64,000 nucleotides of DNA from NCBI GenBank assembly GCA_965205025.1, contig CBDBFU010000013.1, forward strand, positions 96,001 through 160,000, in the 5' to 3' direction. The notes under the pieces were generated by a model. The model was not told where the DNA came from. It worked only from the letters and a program-made list of their open reading frames with translations, and searched no databases. The translations under genes were made by a program, and so were the position numbers. Shown here piece after piece: positions 30,648 to 40,965 of this stretch (positions are counted from its first letter, which is position 1; the number at the start of each line of letters is the position of its first letter). Origin of the DNA: Candidatus Poribacteria bacterium. GTDB taxonomy: Bacteria > Poribacteria > WGA-4E > WGA-3G.

Positions 30648-32321
30648 TTAAGAAATTGATAATTTTTCTTTACAGTGGTGTGCGAGCAGTTTCATTTCCT
30701 CAACAACCTGATTTTCTGTTTGAATCAAATGATTATAAAAGGATGGGACTGGTTCTCTTCCAAAAATCTTAGCAAAGAAACCCGGTTTTTCTTCCTTATT
30801 GAAACTGAGTGTTGCTGCACGTGATGGATCCAAACCTAAGTATTCAATTGAGAGAAAGTGTACTGCGTCGTCCTTTGAAACCTTACCCTCATAAGAATTT
30901 CCAATATTTTTCCTTCCATAACTAATGTAATATACTCTTCCCGACATTTGACTTAGTATGGTATAACCTCCAGTATCAATAGATTCATTCCAACACTTTT
31001 CGAATCCTTTACTGGGAAGTCTTTCCCTAAGTTCTTGGGCAGACCGGACGACGAATCTATTTTGAGTCAACGATTTAGTAATGGAATACCCTTCATATTG
31101 TTCTGTGATGGGTGGATGTCCTGTCAATAAATCAACGTTGTCAAGTGTCCAGACAACACCATCTCTAAGTCCTTTTGCCAAGTTAAAGTGTTGTTCAACA
31201 AACTCTCCATTAAGTGGGTGCAAGTGATAATCTCTGTTACCGTTGAATATTGATCTAAGATTCTTTCTGTGGTCAATCACAGAGAACCGTTTATCAGGGA
31301 CTGGTATCTCTAACTGTAGTGTGTATCCAATATCCAAATCAGTTGTTAGATTAAGTTGTGATATACGAAGTTGTGCAAGTCGAGACAATGCTGTTTGACT
31401 TTTCGATAGAACGCGTCCAATTAGATATTTACTACGTAGGCGTGGTATTTCTGTTGAGAGACGATCAAGGGTATCGGGATCGAGTTTCTCCAACATAACC
31501 TTATGTTCCCATCGCGTCCCACGTTCGTGAGAAAGAATTTGAAACTGTTGATTGTCACCACTTGGTCGGATGTATCCGAGTGCTGTCCACGGATCAAATG
31601 TTGCGCGATAATATCCGCTTGTTTCGAGATCTCCACCTGCAAGAACACAATCGCGTCGTTCATAACGGGAATATATGCCGAATTGGAATTCGTAGGATTC
31701 GTAATCTTCTAATGCTTTTCGTAAATCTTTAGCGAATTCGCTACCTCGTGCGAATTTACTAAAAATCTCCTCAGTCCGTTTTGGTTGATTTAATGCATCC
31801 AGAAACGTACCGATGGGTATACCTGCTTCTTCTTCTCCTTCGTCCTCACTCTTGCCAAATACTTTTGTTTTTGTTTTGAAGGGTGGATTTCTAAGGGATA
31901 CATCCCGTTGTGATACAAAGTGGAGAGCGGGGTCATCCGTCAGGTTGTCAAGGGATGGTGCATCGCCAAGAATCCCAGCTAATTTCTGATCATCTATCTT
32001 TTCCATTAATTCCGTCCCACGTTTTAGCTCTGCAAAATGTATGATGTCATTGAGACTGTACTGAAGAGGCGCGCTTGATGAAAGACCGTCATAATTAGAA
32101 CGGTGGAATCGAATTCGTGGTTTGATACGGAAAACTGGTGTCAGTCCATAATCCTTAAGGAGAACATATAATGTGACAGTATAGGAATCCTCATGCACCT
32201 TCTGTGCAAGGATACCGCTTTCGTTTATATTATTGTCAACGATAAGTTGTTCCTGAACAAGTTGGCTATCGTTTCCAAATATCATCATTCGATGCTCTTC
32301 TCTGTTATCATCAACTAACAT
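30648..32321 (-). CDS. Putative triphosphate-tunnel protein: VTC-like domain plus degenerate CYTH-like domain
   Basis: Ordered VTC-like motifs REEHR, YTVTLY, RIKPRIRFH, FAELKR, RYERR, RATFD, WEHK, LSKS; second half has SGRVY and LSIEYLG. Confidence 0.55.
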   Translation of the reverse strand: MLVDDNREEHRMMIFGNDSQLVQEQLIVDNNINESGILAQKVHEDSYTVTLYVLLKDYGLTPVFRIKPRIRFHRSNYDGLSSSAPLQYSLNDIIHFAELKRGTELMEKIDDQKLAGILGDAPSLDNLTDDPALHFVSQRDVSLRNPPFKTKTKVFGKSEDEGEEEAGIPIGTFLDALNQPKRTEEIFSKFARGSEFAKDLRKALEDYESYEFQFGIYSRYERRDCVLAGGDLETSGYYRATFDPWTALGYIRPSGDNQQFQILSHERGTRWEHKVMLEKLDPDTLDRLSTEIPRLRSKYLIGRVLSKSQTALSRLAQLRISQLNLTTDLDIGYTLQLEIPVPDKRFSVIDHRKNLRSIFNGNRDYHLHPLNGEFVEQHFNLAKGLRDGVVWTLDNVDLLTGHPPITEQYEGYSITKSLTQNRFVVRSAQELRERLPSKGFEKCWNESIDTGGYTILSQMSGRVYYISYGRKNIGNSYEGKVSKDDAVHFLSIEYLGLDPSRAATLSFNKEEKPGFFAKIFGREPVPSFYNHLIQTENQVVEEMKLLAHHCKEKLSIS

Positions 32322-32369
32322 GGATCCTCTTCCTCCATATAGAGTCCATATCTGAGATAGGATTATATC

Positions 32370-33342
32370 TTATCCGAAGCCTATCCTCTGTCTTGCTAAT
32401 GCAGCAGCACCCAACACACCTGCATTATCCCCAAGCTGTGCCTTAACAATTTGTACACCCTCTAACGTTCCGGGTAATGCATATTTATTCGCTGCCTTGC
32501 GAATATTATCAACGAAAGAATCTTCAAGTGCTTCAACAACACCACCACCGAGGACAATCATCTCTGGATTTAAGAAGTTTACGATAGAACCGATACCTAC
32601 CCCAAGGTATTTCGTAGTTCTATTGAGTATTTTCTTTGTCAATTTATCCTTTGCAGCAACCGCTTTAGCCAATACACCACTCCGTATTGAATTCAGATCC
32701 CCATCCGTAAGTTTTGCTACAACGCTTTTTTTTCCTTTTTTTATTCCCTTTTTAAAGGATTTTGCCATTGCCGTTCGACTTGCGAGTGCTTCTAAACATC
32801 CACGGTTTCCACACCCACATTTAGGTCCACCTTCTTTTACGATTATATGTCCAACTTCGCCTGCAGTTTTACTGGCACCATGAAATAGTTCTCCGTTCAT
32901 AATAATGCCCCCACCAATTCCGGTACCAACGAAAATCCCTACAATGTTCTGTATTCCTTGTCCTGCTCCGTATGTGTGTTCTCCAAGAGTTCCCACATTT
33001 ACATCATTATCAACATAAGTTGGTATATCAATTCTCTGTTCAAGTTCAGTCTTAAGGGGTACATTCTCCCATCCCAGATTAGGTGCCACAATCACTACTC
33101 CCGTCTCTGGATCAAGGGGACCTGGTGCGCCAATACCAACGGCTTGTATAGAGTCTCGTGAAACATTTGATCCATGAATAACCATTTGGATACAATCCGC
33201 AATTCGATCAATAACATTAGAAGATCCATCTTTTGCATTCGTTCGAATTTTGGATGTTCCTAAGATATTCCCTTCTTCATCAACGATAGCAGCGAGAATC
33301 TTAGTTCCTCCCATGTCCTACACCAACTACATTATTATTCAT
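32370..33342 (-). CDS. ROK family sugar kinase (glucokinase-like); apparent +1 frameshift near 33318
   Basis: MNNNVVGV(g)DMGGTK, DNDVN, GTGIGGG, GEVGH, CGCGNRGCLE. Confidence 0.88.
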
Positions 33343-33389
33343 CCGTTTTTCCTTTTAAATGCATTTAACATAAATTCTAATAAAATCCA

Positions 33390-33869
33390 TTATCCGTTCT
33401 TCTTTTCTGCCGCTATAATTGCAAGCAATCTTTGCTTGAAGTTGTCCTGCGATAATTTCTCCCATTTTGATAAAAAATCATTATAGTCGGAGAGTCTGTT
33501 TTTTCTGACACGAGAAATAAGTGATTCAATTCCAGGCATTGTTAAATGATTATGGTCAGTCTTATAATTTGTTAGTATGTCTATAACAACATCATTATCG
33601 TGTATATCCCCGAGTATATCTTGTAAGTCTATTATAGTGTGGAGAAACTTTCTGAATTGTTCATCGTAGTTGTCTGTAAAGAATTCCATAGAATATCGTA
33701 GCCTTTTAATTGAAATCCTCATATTATGTAATTCTTCTTTTCTTTCAGGAATCCGTATAAAGTTCTCCCACATGTATACTTCTTCTACTTTTTGGGGTAG
33801 TATTATACGTGCGTTTGTACGGAAATCTGCTTTCGGCTTAACTCCTGTTAATGTAAGTGGTTTAGCCAT
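33390..33869 (-). CDS. CHAD domain protein (C-terminal-half type)
   Basis: LHNMRISIKRLRYSME, LQDILGDIHD. Confidence 0.85.
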   Translation of the reverse strand: MAKPLTLTGVKPKADFRTNARIILPQKVEEVYMWENFIRIPERKEELHNMRISIKRLRYSMEFFTDNYDEQFRKFLHTIIDLQDILGDIHDNDVVIDILTNYKTDHNHLTMPGIESLISRVRKNRLSDYNDFLSKWEKLSQDNFKQRLLAIIAAEKKNG

Positions 33870-33872
33870 TTA

Positions 33873-34403
33873 TTAGTCTACTACAAAAAAGTGAAGGAAT
33901 TCATTTTCGAATTTCCTGTCATCAAGTGAATTAAATAGGTCTATCATCGGTTTACGTTCTTCTTTCCGTCTTTCTTGGAGGTGTTCAATCAGGGATTCAA
34001 TATCCTTCCGTTCTGCTTTAGGTAGTGAAATCAGCTCTGTATTAAACCGTCTAATCAAAACATCAAGATCACGGACTGCCCCCATAGTCTGTGTAATGAT
34101 TTTCACCTGTTTATATAACTTCTTAAACTGTTCAGGTTCAAAACAATCAGCGAAATTATCCATCGCTGCACGCAACCGTCGTGAAGCGACTCTCATATCA
34201 TGTACAAATTCAATATTACTACCATCCCTTGCCCCATCTTTATGGGACATCATCTCCTGGAAATATCCGACTATGATTCTTCGTGCACATACTTCCAACG
34301 GTTTTTCAGGTGAAATATCATTAATTTTAATCGGGTCAGACATACCAAGACCCTCATAATGGAATGTGAAATGAATACAATCCGAATAGTTGAATCTATT
34401 CAA
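33873..34403 (-). CDS. CHAD domain protein (N-terminal-half type)
   Basis: [21 protein letters not shown]; true start may be MSDP. Confidence 0.85.
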   Translation of the reverse strand: MNRFNYSDCIHFTFHYEGLGMSDPIKINDISPEKPLEVCARRIIVGYFQEMMSHKDGARDGSNIEFVHDMRVASRRLRAAMDNFADCFEPEQFKKLYKQVKIITQTMGAVRDLDVLIRRFNTELISLPKAERKDIESLIEHLQERRKEERKPMIDLFNSLDDRKFENEFLHFFVVD

Positions 34404-35473
34404 GATTTAGCGTTATGCCGGAGAAGATGGTCAGTGAGAACAAGTGCAGTCATAGCTTCAACAATAGCGGGTGCTCGTATTAAGACGCATGGATCATGAC
34501 GTCCACTTGCCTCTAAGGTCACCTCATTTCCATCCATATCCACGGTTTGTTGGGGTTTACCTATTGTTGCTGTCGGTTTAAATGCTACTTGAAATACAAT
34601 ATCTTCTCCGTTTGAGATACCCCCTTGCGTACCACCAGAGTTGTTCGTACGTGTGCGAATACGTCCTGATTCGTTGTAGAATTCATCATTGTGTTCTGAT
34701 CCGGTTTGCGTGATACCGGCAAATCCAGATCCAATTTGAAAACCCATTGTAGCAGGAAGTGACATCATTGCTTTTGCTAAATCAGCCTTGAGTTTATCAA
34801 ATACCGGTTCTCCAAGCCCAACAGGTACGTTTCTTGTGACAGACTCAATTATACCGCCAAGTGAATCCTGGTCGCGTCTTGCTTGATCAATCCTTTCAGC
34901 CATTTTTGGACTGACAATTGGGTCTGGACAGCGTACAAGACTATTCTCTATATCCTCATGTGTAACTCCATCTGTATCCACGGTGGCTTCAAGGGTATGA
35001 ATTTGTTTTACATACGCCAATGTTTCAGTTCCCGATTTTTCTCTTAGGATTTGTTTTGCAATAGCACCTGCAGCCACTCGTCCAATAGTTTCTCTTGCAC
35101 TGGCTCTACCACCACCCTGCCAATTCCGTATACCATATTTTTGTTGATAGGTGAAATCGGCATGGGAGGGACGGTATAGGTCTTTTAGGTGATTATAAGC
35201 AGATGGACGTGCATCCTTATTCCATACCAACATCGAAATTGGCGTTCCAAGAGTTTTATTTTCAAAAACACCTGAAAGGATTTCAACAGCATCTACTTCC
35301 TGGCGCGGTGTGGTTAAATGACTTTGTCCCGGTCTCCGACGATCAAGTTCGTATTGTATAGTAGATATATCAATTTCAATCTGCGGAGGACATCCGTCAA
35401 CCACAACACCGACAGCTCCACCATGAGATTCACCCCAAGTAGTTATCCGAAACAAGTGACCAAAAGTATTCAT
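34400..35473 (-). CDS. aroC: Chorismate synthase
   Basis: [40 protein letters not shown]. Confidence 0.97.
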   Translation of the reverse strand: MNTFGHLFRITTWGESHGGAVGVVVDGCPPQIEIDISTIQYELDRRRPGQSHLTTPRQEVDAVEILSGVFENKTLGTPISMLVWNKDARPSAYNHLKDLYRPSHADFTYQQKYGIRNWQGGGRASARETIGRVAAGAIAKQILREKSGTETLAYVKQIHTLEATVDTDGVTHEDIENSLVRCPDPIVSPKMAERIDQARRDQDSLGGIIESVTRNVPVGLGEPVFDKLKADLAKAMMSLPATMGFQIGSGFAGITQTGSEHNDEFYNESGRIRTRTNNSGGTQGGISNGEDIVFQVAFKPTATIGKPQQTVDMDGNEVTLEASGRHDPCVLIRAPAIVEAMTALVLTDHLLRHNAKS

Positions 35474-35679
35474 TTATTCAATTTTGCAGACTTATGGATT
35501 GGTAAATTATGTTATTTTAAGTATGGGAATATCACTATTATTATGTTATACTATACCAAATTGACAATGAACCTGCAACCATTTTATATCATGATTAACA
35601 CACTCCTTCCCACAGTTCAGCAAGTAAATCAACATATCTTGGAATCTTGTACTTACACCTTAAGATTTAAGGATTAATT

Positions 35680-36388
35680 TTGGATCTATTTAAGCGTTAT
35701 TTTGCACTATTCATCATATTCGTTGGTATCGCACTGTTATGGAATACAGTTGTTATGTACCCACTCAAACTCTTTGTTGTATTTATGCACGAAGTAAGTC
35801 ATGGATTAGCAGCAATAGCAACAGGAGGAGAGATTGTAACAATAGAAGTAAATCAGAATCAAGGGGGTATGGCACTCACTAAAGGTGGTTCCCGTTTTTG
35901 GACATTAACAGCGGGTTATCTTGGCAGTCTACTCTGGGGTGGTATTATCCTGTTATTAGCTGCGAGAACACATTTAGATAAAGGAATCAGTGTGTTAATT
36001 GGGATTGGAATGATTGTGATTTCAATCGGATTTGGTTCGGATGTATTTACTTATATATTTGGAATTGGATTTGGTGTAGTACTTATCCTATTCGGTATAT
36101 TCCTTCCCGAGGTAGTGAATGATTGGATATTACGTATCATAGGTGTAACGAGTTGGTTTATATGCCATTCTTGACATAAAGAGTGATGTTTTGGATAGAT
36201 CTCATTTACGATCGGATGCTCGGATGTTGTCGGAAGAAATAGGTGTTTTTTCAACGGAAGTATGGGGTATCCTGTGGATTTTCATTGCGATTGTCTTAAC
36301 AATTTGGTTTATATATATTTCTGGGAAACCTGCGAGTTCTACAGCAACTGACGTTGATGATTCCGATTCTATGGATATGACAGTTTAA
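35680..36388 (+). CDS. M50B-like membrane metallopeptidase; apparent +1 frameshift near 36155
   Basis: HEVSH, AGYLG; the two frames join as GVTSCLYAILDI...SDA. Confidence 0.8.
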
Positions 36389-36411
36389 TTGAGATACATA
36401 TTATATCGGTT

Positions 36412-36726
36412 TTAGCCATTTTGGGATTTGGGTTTCTGTAAAAAAAGAGAAAGTGTAAAAACACCTTCAATCACTTTGCATAGACTTTGAATCTCCTTTC
36501 TGTTTCGTTCTATCTCCTTTCTGTTTCGTTCAACCCTTTTCATAGTGTCAGCATGATTCTTGTCAACCTTTGTTTCAAGCATCGCTATCCTATCTTCAAG
36601 TGAGTCAAACCTTTCATTGACCTCAGTTTTAAACTCATTAAATTCAGCTTGAAACTCCTGAATTTCAAGCTTTACATTTGATAACAACTTTAGAATTGCA
36701 TCAAGAGTCAGTTCGGTCTTGTCCAT
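36412..36726 (-). CDS. Small coiled-coil hypothetical protein
   Basis: Heptad pattern; ERNRKEI x2 (21-bp tandem). Confidence 0.6.
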   Translation of the reverse strand: MDKTELTLDAILKLLSNVKLEIQEFQAEFNEFKTEVNERFDSLEDRIAMLETKVDKNHADTMKRVERNRKEIERNRKEIQSLCKVIEGVFTLSLFLQKPKSQNG

Positions 36727-36860
36727 TGTTATCCCCCCGACCACATGTTTTATGTTTGCTATTATATCATAAGTAGTTCTATATTACAAACTTTTTAATT
36801 TGACAGATACTCGTAAAGTATCGTATATTAACATACATCAAGATTACTCTTATACTCCTA

Positions 36861-38100
36861 ATGAAGATTAATTTTTTAATTCGGTAATAATCCGATCTGG
36901 CGTAGCAGCATCTGTGATCCTCCTATGAACTGCGACATAAAACTAATCACCTTGTCTTTCACGATTTCCCAATCATCGCAATGACGATGGTTATGTAAAA
37001 CCGATTGACGCACCCATCGCCATAACTTTTCAATCGGGTTCGTCCACGGCGCATAAGTCGGTAGTTGTATTATCTCAATCGGAAGTTTTTGTAGTGTTCC
37101 GATTTTCTCTGAGGGTTTACCTGTCCAATTCGGTGGCTTCGGTTTCACAAACGATGCTGTTTGCGGGAGAAGTGCTTCCAATAAGTTAGCTTGAAAGTGG
37201 GTTGACCAATTGTCTTGTATCAAATATATCCGTTGCTTGTTTGCGTAGCGTTGGCAAATCTCGGTGTAAAAAGAATGAAGTGCTTCAGCAGTGCAGCGTG
37301 AAACTTGCTGGTAAACAACATCTCCAGTATGTGGGTTCAGAGCCCCGATCCCATAGCACGTTTGGTTGTGTCTGTAGCTCTGACGGGCTAAAGGTGTTTT
37401 CGTGCCTGTTTGTGCCCAGTCTTTTGCTATGGTAGGGTTGCGATAAAACGAGAACTCATCTTGGTAAAGCGCAACACAGGTCTGTGGATGTTGACGGGTC
37501 TCTTCCAAAACTTGCTGGACCCTGTCTATTTTTTGGGCATAGTCTGTATCCGGACTATGTATGTATAAGCGAGCGCGTTTATAGCTGAGACCGAGTCGAC
37601 TAAGGATTTTGTGAATACCCGGCACAGACACATCACTGAGCCAAGGGACGATGTTTCCAAGGGATCGGAGTGTCCATCGTGTTTGATGCGGATTATGTTG
37701 TTCAGGTCCCTGTGCGATAGTATTATAGACCTCCGCCTCTGCTTCTTCGGGGGATTTAGGGGAATAAGCAGGTTTGCGACCACGACCGGGTGTATAGAAT
37801 AAACCTTGAATACCGTTTTCATTGTATCGGTGAAGCCACGAATAGACCGTATCAGGATCGCGTTCTTTCAAGAGCATTTTTCGGGCGACTTTGTGAGGGG
37901 AAAACCCCTCGCTTATTTTCAAAAGGGCAGCAGCGCGTTCTCGTAGATAAGCCGGTTCGCCTTTATCACGGAGTTCAACGAGTTTTTGTCGTTCAGTTTC
38001 ACTGAGTTCAAGTTTATGATGTTTTGCCATGAATAAATACCTCCTTGAACAAGAGGATAGCACAAAAATAAAATTTACCGAATTAAAAAATTAATCTTCA
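36861..38100 (-). mobile_element. IS630-family insertion sequence
   Basis: TIR TGAAGATTAATTTTTTAATTCGGTAA at both ends; TA flanks. Confidence 0.9.
36876..38030 (-). CDS. IS630-family transposase (HTH + DDE)
   Basis: QDEF, IQDN, LPTYAPWTNPIE.LW; AAGGAGG RBS. Confidence 0.92.
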   Translation of the reverse strand: MAKHHKLELSETERQKLVELRDKGEPAYLRERAAALLKISEGFSPHKVARKMLLKERDPDTVYSWLHRYNENGIQGLFYTPGRGRKPAYSPKSPEEAEAEVYNTIAQGPEQHNPHQTRWTLRSLGNIVPWLSDVSVPGIHKILSRLGLSYKRARLYIHSPDTDYAQKIDRVQQVLEETRQHPQTCVALYQDEFSFYRNPTIAKDWAQTGTKTPLARQSYRHNQTCYGIGALNPHTGDVVYQQVSRCTAEALHSFYTEICQRYANKQRIYLIQDNWSTHFQANLLEALLPQTASFVKPKPPNWTGKPSEKIGTLQKLPIEIIQLPTYAPWTNPIEKLWRWVRQSVLHNHRHCDDWEIVKDKVISFMSQFIGGSQMLLRQIGLLPN

Positions 38101-38210
38101 TAGGGAGTAATGACGTTGATTTATATTTAACCGATTTAACTCTTTTATCTTTTTACTGAGTTCGTGATAGTGGGGAATAACACCCCTCACGCCATCGCGG
38201 GAGGATTCTC

Positions 38211-38756
38211 ATGAAAATGTTTGTCGGGATAGTGATGGCTTTATTTATATGTCTGACTTTTAGAGGATATACTCAGAAAGTAAAACCTGACATATTTGAC
38301 GTAACGTTAATCGTAGAATGTGAAAACCTTAATATGAATAAAGCAATTAGAAAAATAGCCAAACACGAATTAGGAAAACTATCAGATGTATCCCTTGATA
38401 AAATAGATATAATCCCTAATATACATTTAGGACAAAATCCTGGACAATTCATTATATCTATTATTGTTTTAGATAATAATTGCCAAACATGTGACAAAAT
38501 AGCAATTGCATCAAGTTTTCTATCTCGTGGGGACTCTATTCCTGAATTTATGATTGATCCTAAACATATAAAGGCTTACAACTCGTGGAAAAAACTAAAT
38601 ACTTCCTACAATACCCATAAAGGCCCCATAGGATATTGTTCAAAATATGGAGTGGAAGGATATATTAAAGGTATTATAAATTATTTTAAGCATTTCATTG
38701 AATTTGAGAAACAAGTGAAATGGCTTGACCAATTTCCAGGAATAAAAAAATATTGA
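38211..38756 (+). CDS. Hypothetical exported protein
   Basis: GGAGG RBS, signal peptide. Confidence 0.6.
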   Translation: MKMFVGIVMALFICLTFRGYTQKVKPDIFDVTLIVECENLNMNKAIRKIAKHELGKLSDVSLDKIDIIPNIHLGQNPGQFIISIIVLDNNCQTCDKIAIASSFLSRGDSIPEFMIDPKHIKAYNSWKKLNTSYNTHKGPIGYCSKYGVEGYIKGIINYFKHFIEFEKQVKWLDQFPGIKKY

Positions 38757-38821
38757 TAGGAATCAAATGCGCGCCCTGATGGTATCATATACTACTGTCG
38801 CGCACGATAAAAGGAAATAAG

Positions 38822-38965
38822 ATGAAACACCTATTAGAAACGATTATACTCGGGTTTCTACTGGCTTTATTCTATATGGCAACGGGGTTACCTGCATCGC
38901 TTGTTTTTCTGATACTTGGAATTGCTATCGTCTACAATGTAGTAGGATTTGTCAAAAGTAAATAA
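38822..38965 (+). CDS. 47-aa two-helix membrane peptide
   Basis: MKHLLETIILGFLLALFYMATGLPASLVFLILGIAIVYNVVGFVKSK; AAGGA RBS. Confidence 0.5.
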   Translation: MKHLLETIILGFLLALFYMATGLPASLVFLILGIAIVYNVVGFVKSK

Positions 38966-38975
38966 AGGAAATTTT

Positions 38976-39212
38976 ATGTTTATAAAACTACGTGAAAATT
39001 CTGAAGGTGTTTTGGCAATCAATATAAATACGGGAACGAGAATTAGATTATACGAAAGAAATAAAGAGTATGTTATGTCAGTGGAAACTGAACATTCTAA
39101 CCATCTTGTACAGGTTTTTCAGACTTGGGATGATGGTTTTCAGGTGTTTAACCACATGATGGATAAGTTAGATGAAGGATGTCGTGTTTGTAATATCAAT
39201 CGTCTAATGTAA
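38976..39212 (+). CDS. Small hypothetical protein
   Basis: AAGGA RBS, follows the previous ORF by 10 nt. Confidence 0.55.
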   Translation: MFIKLRENSEGVLAININTGTRIRLYERNKEYVMSVETEHSNHLVQVFQTWDDGFQVFNHMMDKLDEGCRVCNINRLM

Positions 39213-39433
39213 GGTTTTCATCTATCAATAGGGAGCCACACTCCAGGTTCATCCTTTACTCTGTTTGATCTTCTGAAGATACGCATTAATCTTTTCCATA
39301 AAGAGGATTGATGTTTTCTCATAATTTCATATTCTCCCTAACTATTTTGTTGTTGCATGAAGTAATTTAATGTTTAAATTAGGTTAGACACTTCATGACA
39401 AACATCTAACCTAATTTAAAAGGAGGTATTCTC

Positions 39434-39634
39434 ATGAGTACTGAGAAACCTGAAACTCGGGATAAAAACACCGAGTATGAAGAGGCTATAAGCAACCTTA
39501 ATGGTGTTCGTGTTATAGATGAACACGGACAGGTTATTATTGAGCCTCCAATCCCAAACGACATCTACATTTTTTCAGATGCATTTGGCAATATATTTAC
39601 TGATAAAAATGGTATCGCTTGGGGTTTCAGATAA
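39434..39634 (+). CDS. Small hypothetical protein
   Basis: AAGGAGGT RBS. Confidence 0.55.
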   Translation: MSTEKPETRDKNTEYEEAISNLNGVRVIDEHGQVIIEPPIPNDIYIFSDAFGNIFTDKNGIAWGFR

Positions 39635-39659
39635 CTTATAGAATAGTTTACACTTATTC

Positions 39660-40290
39660 CATTATATTGGTAAGTATAAAGGGTTGAATTTTCTATGTCA
39701 ACGTTATTACGAATGAAGTTTGCTATAGTTTCTGCTGATATATCATGTATTAGATTAGCAGTGACTTTTCCGTCACGGGCAACTGCGCCTATGACAACGT
39801 CTTTCATTGTTCCACGTCCACGTTTTCGGGGTTCATCTTCTGTTCTGTCATAATCAGTCTTTTTTCTGCCACCGATGTAGGTTTAGTCTGTCTCAATGAT
39901 ACCTGTTAGTACAGGTGATTCTTTTGCCATTTCTGTTCGTATTTTCATCATTATACGCCAAGTTGTCTTTTGTTTCAAGCATAAATCTCGTGTAAATTGG
40001 CAACTTGATAGTCCTTTTTTAGCGTTTGCAATTAGTGATATTGCGAGAAACCACTTTTGTAGTGGTATTTTTGTTCCGTGAAATATCGTTCTGCTTGTTA
40101 CTTTGAAAGATGCTTTACATTCGTTGCAACACCAGCGTCCTATTCTACCTTCACCTTGTTTGTTCTTTCGTACTATATCTTCAGCGTTACACTTTGGACA
40201 CAGGGTTTTATTTCCCCATCGTGTATCTTCAAGGTGTTGAATGCATGCTTCTTGGTAAGGGAATCGTTCCATTACTTGGACTAAATCCAT
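39660..40290 (-). pseudogene. IS1595-family transposase remnant
   Basis: CPKC...CNEC zinc ribbon, TIFHGTKIPLQKWF; nonsense codon in ETD*TYIGG, frame continues to RGRGT; truncated. Confidence 0.88.
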
Positions 40291-40603
40291 CAGATAACTC
40301 CATAACTCCTTTTGGAGTTGCTTTTTTTGATAGATTCTGATATAATCAGGATAGAGAAACGCCAGAAAAAGCAACTCGCTCTTTTTTGGTAGAAATAGGG
40401 GTGGACACCCCTTATTTTGCTATCCTATTACATCAAATTTTTCGCTAAAAAAACAACCTATAAAGACAATCTGCGTATAGGTTTATAGCGTTTTTTCAAA
40501 TCCCAAAACGACTAAAACCGTATTATATTGTAGATGATGAACGATACACGGTGTGTATCAACTATAAATTACAATTTAGTTTGTTTTCTTATATGCACAT
40601 CAT

Positions 40604-40816
40604 CTATCTTCTAAGTGGACTGAAATCTATATTGTAATAACTTATCAACCATACGCAGATTCCCAATATGAATAGAGGGATACAGATTAAAACGATAAGG
40701 ATCAGGACACCCCACACCCATGAACCTTTGGATTTCGCGACAGTAGCCAGCCGTGCAATCAATACCCCACCTCCAATTATTATAACTACAACAATGCCAA
40801 ATACTACCATTACCAT
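40604..40816 (-). CDS. Small two-TM membrane protein
   Basis: GAGGA RBS; two hydrophobic helices. Confidence 0.5.
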   Translation of the reverse strand: MVMVVFGIVVVIIIGGGVLIARLATVAKSKGSWVWGVLILIVLICIPLFILGICVWLISYYNIDFSPLRR

Positions 40817-40850
40817 AATACATTCCTCATAGATTTTCCCGTAACACCAT

Positions 40851-40919
40851 CTAAGGAATTCCAAACGCATTGGCAACTATTACCAAGTCTTGAATATTCA
40901 CAACGCCATCAGCATTGAG
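40851..40919 (-). pseudogene. Orphan dockerin-repeat gene tail
   Basis: LNADGVVNIQDLVIVANAFGIP*, resembles DVNGDGHVNIRDIVLVA in 61291-63456. Confidence 0.7.
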
Positions 40920-40965
40920 TTAACACTGTGTCCGTATATCTAAATCATGTAGATTGCAACTTAGG

